Source: Catajapyx aquilonaris
Lineage: Eukaryota
DNA length: 20,000 nucleotides
Assembly (NCBI GenBank): GCA_000934665.2
Contig: KZ538074.1
Span: forward strand, 118,085 to 138,084
Reading direction: 5' to 3'
Each line of letters starts with the position of its first letter. The stretch's first letter is position 1. Under the pieces are notes generated by a model. It was not told where the DNA came from. It worked only from the letters and a program-made list of their open reading frames with translations, and did not search any database. The position numbers and the translations under genes are program-made. Shown here in pieces: positions 8,972 through 18,521 of the stretch.

Positions 8972-9709
8972 CCTCTTCCAGAACTTGATCAACTTGCTCA
9001 CCAACTTGCTCACACTCAGTCTTGGACCAATCAAAAACAAAACAGATTTTCATTATGTACATATCAAACACTAATACAAGTTACTTAATAGCCTTCCAAT
9101 CCTTTTTGCCTGCATTAGGTTTTTTGTACATAAAATAGCTATCACTCACAATGGAGATTTGCAAATAAAGAGAAATCAAAATAATACCAAAATCAAAACA
9201 CTTAAATACATCCACGCAAAAATGGCAAGTTCGAAATCCATATAACATAATATTGGGCAGTAAAAAAAAGGTAAACCATAATTCTCATTGTTTCAGTGTC
9301 AAAACCTTGATTTGAAAATAGTTATTAACATGATTGTGTGTAAAGCATTATTTCAAATATACTTAGTGATGACTAACTAGTAGTCTGAAAAACAAACAAA
9401 AAAAAAATTTGAAAAAAAGGCAGTAAAAAAACGAGACTCCTTAATTATGAGGTCTGGTTTTAGATGAAACAGCAGGGACACTTCCATGATTCAAAAAAGT
9501 AGACTGCCAGAAAAAAGGACACCCAACATGTCATATAAAAAATAAAAATTCCTCAGTTCTGGGCTCAAAAGAAAAAAATAAGACCATGCCAAAAACCCAC
9601 TTATGCTCTCTCATTTTAAGGCAAATGAAATACGCCGAGAGGCCTTTTTTCACATTCCCAAAACTGAGTGTCAAGTTCTCTTCTTATCCAGATGCTTTCG
9701 CCTGTTGAG

Positions 9710-9982
9710 TTAAATCACTTGATCCTTACTATTCTTGCCCAGGGCTGGCCCGAGTGCAGCAAGATATCGCTCTGGTGGAATGCAAAGCCTTTCCAGGTGC
9801 GTCTCTACCTCCGGGAAGATCCCCAGAGACTCTGAAAAGGCACCACCACTTGCCACCCTTGCTGCGATAGCATCAATTAGGGCATTCACAAATGCCACCC
9901 ACTGTTCTTTGTCTTCTGCGGTGGCTAATTTATAAACTTGCTCTGCCCGGGTCAGCATCGTCAAGATTATGCTTAGCCCCAG
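9710..9982 (-). CDS. PATL1: PAT1 homolog terminal coding exon
   Basis: TTCTTCCAG acceptor. NK joins LGLSIILTMLTRAEQ..QW, matching PATL1 NKFGLSLLLILLSRGE..QW. TAA ends at 9710. Confidence 0.9.
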   Translation of the reverse strand: MGLSIILTMLTRAEQVYKLATAEDKEQWVAFVNALIDAIAARVASGGAFSESLGIFPEVETHLERLCIPPERYLAALGPALGKNSKDQVI

Positions 9983-10091
9983 CTGGAAGAAATTATAATC
10001 ATTGATTAATACAGACTGCATCATCATCCTAATTAGGCCAGTTACATTAACAAATTCAGCCTTCTGCCCCATAACACCATGAGTGCTTGTA

Positions 10092-10265
10092 CAGTGCTGG
10101 ACATTATTTCCATTGTACTGCTAGGGACATTTTCCGATGTGGCAGAAGTGCAAATCGAAGTGATAAGAGTGCGAGCTGTGCGAGTAAGCAATGGTAGGCA
10201 TTGGGTGATGTCACTGGCTGGGGTAAATGTCCCTAGCAGTACAATGGAATTAATATCCAGCACTG
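10092..10265. mobile_element. TA-flanked MITE, family B copy 1
   Basis: TA|CAGTGCTGGACATTATTTCCATTGTACTGCTAGGGACATTT with a 41-bp inverted partner ending CCAGCACTG|TA. TIR related to 14176-14337. Confidence 0.88.
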
Positions 10266-10460
10266 TACATGAACCAAAGGTCTGCCAGCAGGTTGCACTG
10301 GTAGGTTTAGGAACATCACCCACATATTCACCTTATTCACACTGTACACAATTCTGTAAATTACTCCTATTGATACAGTAATAATGGAAGCATTGCCATT
10401 TTGTTTTTGTTTTTTTAAACATTAGTTATCTTCCTGGTGATCTCGATGATTCCAGCTCAC

Positions 10461-10766
10461 CTTATTGGTCAAAGCGGCACTGAGGTTACTCTTGTGGTGG
10501 GAGGATGACTTGTTCCCAGTGGGAGTCATCCTAGTTGGGGTGGAAGCCGCTGAGGAGGAGGGGTATGGGTGGAGGCACTTAGCCCACCGCAAAAGCCAGG
10601 GGAATGGGGACATCATGATGCATGACCTTGTGTACGGGAACATCGCTGGAAGCATCATATCTGTCTGATCACGTTTTCCCAACCAAGACAGGCTGCTTAA
10701 CAAAGCATTTACCACTGCTGCCTGTGTTGGAATTCCAAGGAAAGGCAGAAGGCGGCGAATCAGGTT
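10461..10766 (-). CDS. PATL1: PAT1 homolog exon, PatC helical domain
   Basis: TTTCAG acceptor and AAG|GTGAGC donor, 306 nt. RKGK joins NLIRRLLPFL..KRDQTDMMLP, matching PATL1 RKGKRMVARILPFL..KKDAQDEVLP. Confidence 0.9.
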
Positions 10767-10810
10767 CTGAAAAAGATTTTTCATGTTAATTGTGAACATA
10801 TTAACAAGTA

Positions 10811-11124
10811 CAGAGCCCCGATTATCCAACTCCTCGGTTCATCCGACCGTCCCACTCCGGCAATAAATCTGTGTTTTCTCATCAAATACTGTCATGTTCT
10901 ACCCATTTATTTTGCCTTAGTTAAACTGTAAATACAGTACAGTAGTTTGTGTGTAAAAGAAAAATACTTCACTATTTCTTAGAAAACCATAATATTGTAC
11001 GTTATTTCATGTTTTCATGTTTTTTGTTGTTTTATTATAGTTTTTTTACTTCAGATGATCCGACCTTTTCAGTTATCCAACGATGCCCCAGTCCCGTGGG
11101 TGACAGATAAGCTGGGTTCTACTG
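10811..11124. mobile_element. pogo/Tigger-like MITE
   Basis: TA|CAGAGCCCCGATTATCC and GATAAGCTGGGTTCTACTG|TA, with repeated subterminal TTATCCAAC/ATCCGACC motifs typical of Tigger-type ends. Confidence 0.75.
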
Positions 11125-11289
11125 TATTAGCATGAATCAAATTAAACCTGTACATGGCGTCTGGAGTGGATACTGCTGAACACAGGGACTTGACACTTCT
11201 ACCACAGCAAGATAGTATCAATACCTCCTAAATGCATAGGGTAAGAGTTTGTGTGTGCATACCACACCCACTGCCACAGCCATTCCAAG

Positions 11290-11613
11290 ATGGCATGCTC
11301 CCTGTCACCTATGTACAAGTGGGATCACCACATTGTTATTCCATTTCTGGTGGTCGAAGGTAAGAGACATGCAGAAATCCATTGTAGGATGTTTTCGGCG
11401 TATGACACCAGCAGTGTGGCAAAGACAACTGTCATGGAGTGGTTCCAGCGATTTTGCGATGATAATCCCCCCCAACCTTCCCTGCCCAGGCCAGGTTTGG
11501 TGCACAATCACACCTTTCATTGTGCTTGTCGATCAGCTGTAAGGGGGAATGCAACTTGGCTGCAATGGTCAGGGGTAGTTTTGGCACAATTTTCACATAA
11601 CCACCTAGCGTAG
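11290..11613 (+). pseudogene. Truncated mariner transposase ORF, N-terminal HTH only
   Basis: MACSLSPMYKWDHHIVIPFLVVEGKRHAEIHCRMFSAYDTSSVAKTTVMEWFQRF..RPG fits the Mos1-type HTH pattern (VIRFL..EG....EIHRRM...YG......V.EW..RF..RPG). No DDD domain follows. Confidence 0.75.
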
Positions 11614-11841
11614 CACAAGATTAGTGCACAGTGGGTACCCAATTGCCTGACTGGAACAGAAGCATCTGGGCATGGGATTGTTACTGGAACATCTTCAATG
11701 CCAGCACCATTCCACAACTGTTGTCTTCACCACACAGCTGGCACCATAAGCATCCTCTGATGGATTTCCACGGGTCTAATGCCCTTGCCCATCAGAAATG
11801 GAATAACAATGTGGTAATCCCACTTGTACACGGGTGACAGG

Positions 11842-12296
11842 CAGTGCCGGATTTACCCCCTTGGCTGCCCTTAGGCAGTTGATACCACCCGCCCACCCAT
11901 GCCGCTTAAAAATTCCATTGAGTTCTCTCTTCCCTTCATTAAAATTTATTTCATTAAAAAATTTAGATTTCAACATGTGGCTGCCCCGGAGGGCGGCCGC
12001 CCTTAGGCTTTTCTGCCTATGGCAAATCCAGCGCTTGGAATCACTGGTGAAAATTTTAAATGATTTCGCCTTTATTTCCCCTATTATTGTTGCCAATTTG
12101 AAAAATATTTATTGCAATTTGCAGCCACCCCTAGGCAATTGCCTACTCTACCTAATGGTAAATCCAGTGCTGCTTCCAGTCGCGTAATTATTTATTATTA
12201 ATTCTTAGTTGACTTTTTTTTTTGCATGCCTAAATTTGCCACCCCTCAAAATCTGTCGCCCTAGGCAATTGTTGCCTTGCCGTAAATCCGCCGCTG
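11842..12296. mobile_element. hAT-like MITE nested in the mariner-derived element
   Basis: TIR CAGTGCCGGATTTAC and GTAAATCCGCCGCTG; 8-bp TSD GTGACAGG (11834-11841) vs GCAACAGG (12297-12304). Removing it restores the host arm. Confidence 0.85.
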
Positions 12297-12587
12297 GCAA
12301 CAGGGAGAATGCCATCTTGGAATGGCTGTGGTGATATGAGGAGCTCGTTTGCAAAAGTGCCTACTGTAGATCCATTTTCTTTCTTTTTCACGAGAGGGCA
12401 AGAAAGCATAGAATCCATACTAGCTAGAATTAGTCACTTCTTTATTACTTCGGTAATTGATATGATCCGTGCCCTTCCACTGGCAATAGTGTAGGAAATC
12501 TAGTCACAGCAGTTTTAGAGATCATGACAATAAACCATTTGGACTTAGGCAGTTGTGCACCTGCATACATATACTTAAACTGATTGT

Positions 12588-12903
12588 ATATAGCCCTTCT
12601 ACCATCCCAAGCGAAGGTAGATTGAATTTCCGAACCCTGTATAGTTGAAAGTCATTCAAGTGCCTTCCTGTGAGGAGTATAGGAAAAATGAAAGGGATGA
12701 TTGAAGCTCTGTAGATGGATGTTCCAGTAAACCACAACAAAATAACCTGACCTCCCCCAAGACATCATGGACCCCAAAAATATTCCTTTCAGACACCAAA
12801 ACAATAATGATACTGGGGTCATAGTACAGGTAAGTCTCATTGCACAAGTGCAACTCTTGGCGACAATGCCCACCTCCATGCACCATTCAACAATGGCCTT
12901 CAT
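12588..12903 (-). pseudogene. Degenerate Merlin/ISXO2-like transposase fragment
   Basis: Ordered frameshifted motifs IVEWCMEVGIVAKSCTC.MRL, KGIFLGSMMS..VYW and FG...Y.R..VEG resemble Merlin motifs WC...GLI....C, RKGTWF..S..Y.W and KFGKRKYHRG..VEG. Confidence 0.5.
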
Positions 12904-13799
12904 CCCGCCATAATAGATCCAGAAAAACGTTTTATTGTTCTGACTTACTGACAGGAAGTGCTCTGCTTACATGCTGCAGGCCCACATGCTGTCCTACCAC
13001 CTTTTTCCCCTCCACACAACCTGCCAGCTACACCCTGCCTCTGCAATGCCTCCCCTGCCAAAATTGCCAAATGGTGCACAAGCCCACCTCCACCAGATCC
13101 TCAGTCAGCCCCCCTCACCACCCCATCCCTGTGGTAAGAAGCAGCCTGAAACATCTTTGCTATCTTGCTATATCCATTTTGTGTCTGTCAGTTTCTGTAA
13201 ATCCCTTACAAACCATAAAATGGTACACAAAAATTTGACACATTATTGATAATAATTAATAGACACAAACATTTTAGTTGTAATTTTGACTTGGAAAAAG
13301 GGGTAAGTAGTGATGTTTCAATCTCTTTTTCATGTATGCAGTTGTATCAGGCTTTTATCATAATCCTTAGAAATTGTGCCATGAAATACAACTCCCCAAC
13401 AGCTTTATTACCAAAAACATTAACATCATTTGCCCTGTTGTCAGTTTTCTTCTGTACACTACTCCCCTGTTCATCCTTTTGGCAATTTCGCTTGATCATA
13501 TGAAAACAATAATTTTGCCATAAAATTTTTCAAAGGCAACAGGCTGTTTGGGAAGCCGTTTGAGATGGACAGTTGCAGACTCTTGGGAGAGTTGGACAGC
13601 AGCTGTGTAAAGATCGCAGCACCACGTCAGTCATGCACCAAGAAAGAGTCAGGGCTCTTATGAAGAGAAAAATGCTTTTAAAAAGTTTTAAATTTCTGTT
13701 TGGGATGTTTTTTGACAGGACAAGTTACAAATTCATGTGATACTCATTACTACAGAGAGCTTGTAGACTGGTGCAGTTGGACAGTATCGACTGTTTAAA

Positions 13800-14000
13800 A
13801 TGGTGGCTCCCCTTCAAACATTCACTAATGAGAAAAATTGGTGTTATTCGATTTTGCACATAGCAGTAACAAAACCCAACATAACGTGTCGGAGAATGTA
13901 CCAACAACATAGATCTGCCACGTTTTGCAGTCATGTGTCCACAAGTGCTGTAAAAAACTCCAGGTGTCCCAATTCCATTTGATTGGCCTGGCAGTGGTGC
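13800..14000 (+). pseudogene. Frameshifted mariner transposase N-terminal relic
   Basis: MVAPLQTFTNEK / GVIRF / KPNITCRRMYQQH resembles the mariner start MAAPL..TKEEQR.VIRFL..EIHRRM..QYG. Confidence 0.55.
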
Positions 14001-14175
14001 ATCTGTCAAAGAGTACTTCACTGTTCTGGAATTATTTCCACCACTCATAGACAAGTGAATGCAAGATACATGGCAGATTCACACTGTGCCTGCATTTTCC
14101 AATACATTTTGATGGGATTTGTTGTAGGCCCAAAAAACCAATAAAAGCTCTTTTCTTCTCCTTGCCTCCTTGGTA

Positions 14176-14337
14176 CAGTGTTGGACAGTAATCACATCAT
14201 ACTGCTAGCAACATTTTCTGAAGCAGCAGAAGAACGAATCTTGCTCGCACGGCTTGCACTATCAATTGCTTCGATTGGTTCTTCTGCCGTTTCGGAAAGT
14301 GTCGCTAGCAGTATGACGTGATTAATGTCCAACACTG
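14176..14337. mobile_element. TA-flanked MITE, family B copy 2, nested in 13540-14473
   Basis: TA|CAGTGTTGGACA and TGTCCAACACTG|TA with about 60-bp TIRs. Confidence 0.88.
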
Positions 14338-14477
14338 TACACATCAGGAGGGGTGCTGCCATCTTTGCACAGCTACTGTATGATTAACACACTACCTATT
14401 GGCAAACTTTCTGAACTTGTGACATAATAATGTGTCAGCAACTGTTCATCTCAAACAGCATCCCAAACAGCTGTACA

Positions 14478-14902
14478 CAGGGTGTATCTGAACTCAGTGC
14501 CCCGACGTATATGACTGCCTTCCTAGCCACCAGAGGATCGATTTAAGTATAGGAGTCATTATGTCTGGCCGCCGCATTACGGAGATAATTGGCCGCAAAC
14601 ATGTAGTACAAAATATCCTGTCGGTTAGGCCACCCATCGAACTCTCCCCCAGTCAGAAGGCTCTGGAAGGTCTGGGGGCCGGACTTTGTTGGTTTGTTGC
14701 CCACAGGTGGTAAGGCCTCTTTGGCTAGTTACACCTGGAAATTCTATTTAGAAGTCAGAAGGAGCAATTAGGCAAAAATCGCTAAAGAGTGTATCTCAGT
14801 AATGAGGCTGCCCAGACATAATGACTCCTCTACATAAGTTGATCCTCCGGTGGCTAGGAAGGCAGTCATATACGTCGGGGCACTGAGTTCAGATACACCC
14901 TG
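14478..14902. mobile_element. Young Tc1/mariner-like MITE
   Basis: CAGGGTGTATCTGAACTCAGTGCCCCGACGTATATGACTGCCTTCCTAGCCACC is perfectly inverted at the right end (ending ACACCCTG|TA); TIRs extend to about 90 bp. Left flank is CA rather than TA. Confidence 0.9.
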
Positions 14903-15588
14903 TATAAATAAATTATTTAAATTTTCTCATTTTCATTAGATCCACATCTGTTCTGATATGCAAAATGAAAATCAGTACCAGTGCAATTACTAGCTGTAAA
15001 ACTGATACAAAGTACCATGTATAATCACAATGAAATTTTAATGCCCATAATGTTTAATGTCATTTCAAATGGTGCCCAAGCCCTATGATTTCTTTAAATA
15101 ATTCAGGCAGGTCACCAGTCCACTTCCAAACCCAAAAAATAGTTAAAAGTAGCACATTCCAAAGTCAGACTGGTTGTTATACTGCATTGGTCATCTATGT
15201 AGAAACTAAACCAAGATTAGCCCTACTCTCAAAAACTAAAGAACACAAATTTTCCCATCTCCATTCATGAGCAATTACCTTACAACAGGCACAGAAGGTT
15301 AATAGAATGTACTAAGTTATCTCCTAGAACCAGGTATTGCTAAGTTAGCAGTATCTAGCAGTGGGATGAAAATTCCACCCGTGCAGTGTAAGATCAAGTG
15401 AAGAGCTCGAAAGCAAAAGCAGCTAAGTCCATAATAACAATTTTACAGGAGAGAAGGAATACCTGTCATCTGGAAACTGTTGCAAACTGAAAGTACCTGA
15501 TAGATGGAGTCATGATAGCATTTTTATACATTTTTTAATGCAAGTTTTGAAAATCGTAGATTGATAGCTTAGCCACAAATTTGGAGGT

Positions 15589-15765
15589 CAGTTCTGCCGT
15601 CAGATGTAAGGAGACCGTAACTCAAAAACTAGTAAGGGTGAAAGTCGCATGCATGGCCTGCACTAATCCTCTCCGAGTCAGGGGGGATTAGTGCAGGCCA
15701 TGCATGCGACTTTCACCCTTACTAGTTTTTGAGTTATGGTCTTCTTACATCTGACGGCAGAGTTG
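15589..15765. repeat. 177-bp palindrome (85-bp stem)
   Basis: Position-by-position pairing about centre 15677: Watson-Crick throughout except six G:T pairs. Confidence 0.95.
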
Positions 15766-15912
15766 GGATCTAGACGGTTTTGCTTGAAAAACAGTATTTT
15801 TTGCCACAAAATTATTTTTAAATAATATGGAGTGTGTTAAAATGCGGATTCCACTATTCATGCGACAGTCTCGTGCATATGTTACATAGGGATACGGAAA
15901 AAACTAAATTAA

Positions 15913-16721
15913 CCCTAATTAGACGGGCAGGTTATTTTGCTTTTTTGCAAGGATCTGAAAAAAATTATCTTGCGTTGTTATTTGAGGGACCACATGTGAC
16001 TCATCTAGTGAGAAACATTGTGTAGACTGTCGAGTCTAAGCTGGATCCTGAGGCCATCTATGAGACTCTCTTGGCATACCATGCTGACATTTAAATTCTT
16101 AAAGTCGCAACAGATGCCGCAGGGGTGCGTTTCGTGCCCATGTATATTTTCCTCCTATTTTTTGTCACTCTCTTGCACTAACAAGAAGTGTGTGTGTGTG
16201 TCGCCCTGGTGCTGCTGAACAGATCAGTATGCATGAATGATACGTCGCACGACACGAATCCGAGCTACAGAGAAAAACACACTCCCTGCATGGTGAAAAA
16301 ATGCCTCGCCCCCCCACAGCTGTTCAAAAGCCCCGCGCGGCCCCTGTCCCTGCATCTTGGGAAAGCCGCGGCACTAATTGGCATTTACGAACTATTGAAT
16401 TATCTTTTGCACTAATTTTAAGGTGGAATATCTTAAGGAAACTCTGTATGCCAAAATTTGCCAGCCAAGGTGCCTACCGCATAACCCCNCATAACCCCCC
16501 CCCCCCCCACCCCTTCCCTTTTTTTTAGGAAAGTGGTTTTTTTCAGAGGCCGCAAAAAGCTGACGTCACGCAAGTTTAGGCCCTATCTGGTAAATATATA
16601 ATAGATTTTATATTCATAAAATCGCGACATTTTTTCCATGATGGAAAAATGTACAACTACTCAAAAACCACGTTACAGCAGAATCACCAGCAGAATTTTG
16701 TAACGCCAGTCTTATTAAGGG
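15913..16721. mobile_element. piggyBac-like non-autonomous element
   Basis: TTAA|CCCTAATTAGACGGGC and GCCAGTCTTATTAAGGG|CTAA (right TTAA one base off); CCC/GGG termini. Confidence 0.6.
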
Positions 16722-16839
16722 CTAAACACATTTAACATTACGGAAAAAATTTATGGCTTTGGAGCTGGCTCATTTTGCACACAAACTTGGATCTAGCTGC
16801 TTTTGCTTGGGAGCTTTTCAGGTGTATAATATGCCACAC

Positions 16840-17166
16840 CTTTCCTTTCCTGACACACAAGTAGCTGGCCACCCTGTCCTCCTGAGTAACTGCCTGGGAC
16901 AGCCTGTACAAGTACTGCCTTTCCTCAAGTCGCAGAACATCATGGTCGATGACTTGTCCCTCAATAGCGGTCTGCTGTTGCCGTTTAACTTCATCCAGGG
17001 CCAGGAACACACTATAAAGCTTCTCAATTTCCAGCAGAAGTTGCTTAAACTTTCGACCTTCCCTCTGTGGCTGAGTAAGACTCTCAGGCGAAGAAGAGTT
17101 ACTACCACCCTCTTGCGTCAACACACCTAGGTCCATGATCTTACGAGGAGCAGTCACACTCACCAC
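16840..17166 (-). CDS. PATL1: PAT1 homolog exon, Mid to PatC boundary
   Basis: ATAG acceptor and AAG|GTGTGG donor, 327 nt. VVSVTAPRKIMD..LLLEIEKLYSVFL..LCVRKGK are Pat1-family motifs (SVxxPRK, LxxIEKxY, RKGK). Confidence 0.92.
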
Positions 17167-17393
17167 CTATAACAAAGGGTATGCCCATGATTTAGTATAC
17201 CTTCAAACTGATTAGTTTCCTAATAATGAAAAACATCAACATTTTTACTGAACACTTTCTCCCAAAAAAATTGCAAAATGAGAAGGAAAACAAGTCTGTG
17301 TCAGGAATGCTACCTGTCCCAGTGCCAAAGCAACAGGCACACTCCAATTAGCTTCTAGAGCACACTGCCCTCCAATAAAAGTCACTCTCCCAT

Positions 17394-17702
17394 GGTCATT
17401 GTCCCCTTGTCATGGAGTTCCCCTTCACCTGCGTCAGGAGGGTCTCTCACCTGCACCAAGGAGGTGTCTGGCAACCTAACCTCCTGGGGGACTGCACATG
17501 GCCCAGTTTGAGACATTGCACTTGCACATGTGTCCCCTCCACAAAATTCCCCATTCCCTTCCCCATGTCCCTTTCTCCCTTGCACTGTGTCAAAGAAAAT
17601 TCAGAAAATAGTGATGAAAAAATGGTGTTCCAGCCCCCTAAAGGAGCGATGATTCTCCCAATGGGGTAAGAAACAAACAAATAAATAAATAAATAAATAA
17701 AA
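17394..17702 (+). mobile_element. SINE family A copy with degenerate head and (AAAC)/(AAAT)n tail
   Basis: TTCACCTGCGTCAGGAGGGTCTCTCACCTGCACC..GTCTGGCAACCTAAC matches the reverse complement of about 185-235; 3' AATGGGGTA is followed by the simple-repeat tail. Confidence 0.8.
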
Positions 17703-18386
17703 GTATGGGAAATGGTTTTCTGAAAATATGATACATGAGATTGGCTATTTACAATCTGCCAATAACAGGAGGAGGTTGGAGCTTAGGTTCACATGGCATG
17801 TGCTATTCTCCCCAAATCAGACTTCCAACTTGTTGATACTGAAGCTGCATACTGTTCAACCAGCATTTATTTCACTAAATATCAGTTTAAATGAACAGTA
17901 TGCAACTCCCAAAGAGTGGCCATCATCTGACATCATCATAAAAATTAAAATTCTGCCAGGTTCCTATCTTATGTGGACATTTCAAATACTAAAAAATTGC
18001 ACATTCTCAACGTTCAAGAAACGATTTTCATTACTCATGCAATATATAAAAACTGAGTTTCACTTATTCATCTATTATAATTAGGAACCCTTCCACTAAA
18101 AATGATCATGGTACAATGCAAAATTCATCCTGGAAAGGATCCTTTTTCTACATTGATGGTTTTGTTACGGTGAGAGCTAAAAGGTTCAACAACCATGTTT
18201 CTTATTCAGCAAAAGTTATGTGAAAAAATTCCATGAGATGAGCAAAATCAGCTGGTCTTTTGGATTGACTACTGGATCATTCACTTCATAAATGAAGCAG
18301 TTATTACATGAAGTATCTTAACGGAACCCTCGGCCCCCACAAACCACTTCTCCATGCCATTTCTGGTCCAATTGTATGCGCATTAC

Positions 18387-18521
18387 CTGCAATTTTCCAA
18401 GTGAATTTTCAAATTGAGTAGGGGTGTAGTTTTTGCTTTCAATCCTCATTCCCTCAGGAAATGACAAGCTGCGGTCTTGCTTTCTTGGCCCATTGCATGT
18501 TTCTTCTCGAGACTTGTATAC
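18387..18521 (-). CDS. PATL1: PAT1 homolog internal exon (upstream exons outside window)
   Basis: Minus-strand TTTCAG acceptor and CAG|GTAATG donor, 135 nt, phase 0/0. VYKSR..YTPTQFENSLGKLQ contains the conserved Pat1 FENSLGKL motif. Confidence 0.88.

Larger units (their letters stand above)
11190..12510. mobile_element. Head-to-head mariner-derived element (outer limits approximate)
   Basis: 11272 to about 11450 is inverted at 11700-11841 plus 12301-12331; both arms carry a mariner transposase 5' region. Confidence 0.75.
13540..14473. mobile_element. Old mariner-derived element with TIRs
   Basis: CAGGCTGTTTGGGAAGCCGTTTGAGATGGACAGTTGC and GCAACTGTTCATCTCAAACAGCATCCCAAACAGCTG|TA; second inverted pair about 13597-13623 and 14352-14379. 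Confidence 0.75.

Noticed and set aside
16150..16218. Cys-rich peptide as a piggyBac C-terminal domain remnant
   Set aside because: Cysteines arise largely from a (TG)n run and the spacing is unconvincing.
16480..16509. CATAACCCC tandem repeat and poly-C (similar at 19220-19243)
   Set aside because: The duplications straddle single N bases, typical of unmerged contig overlaps.
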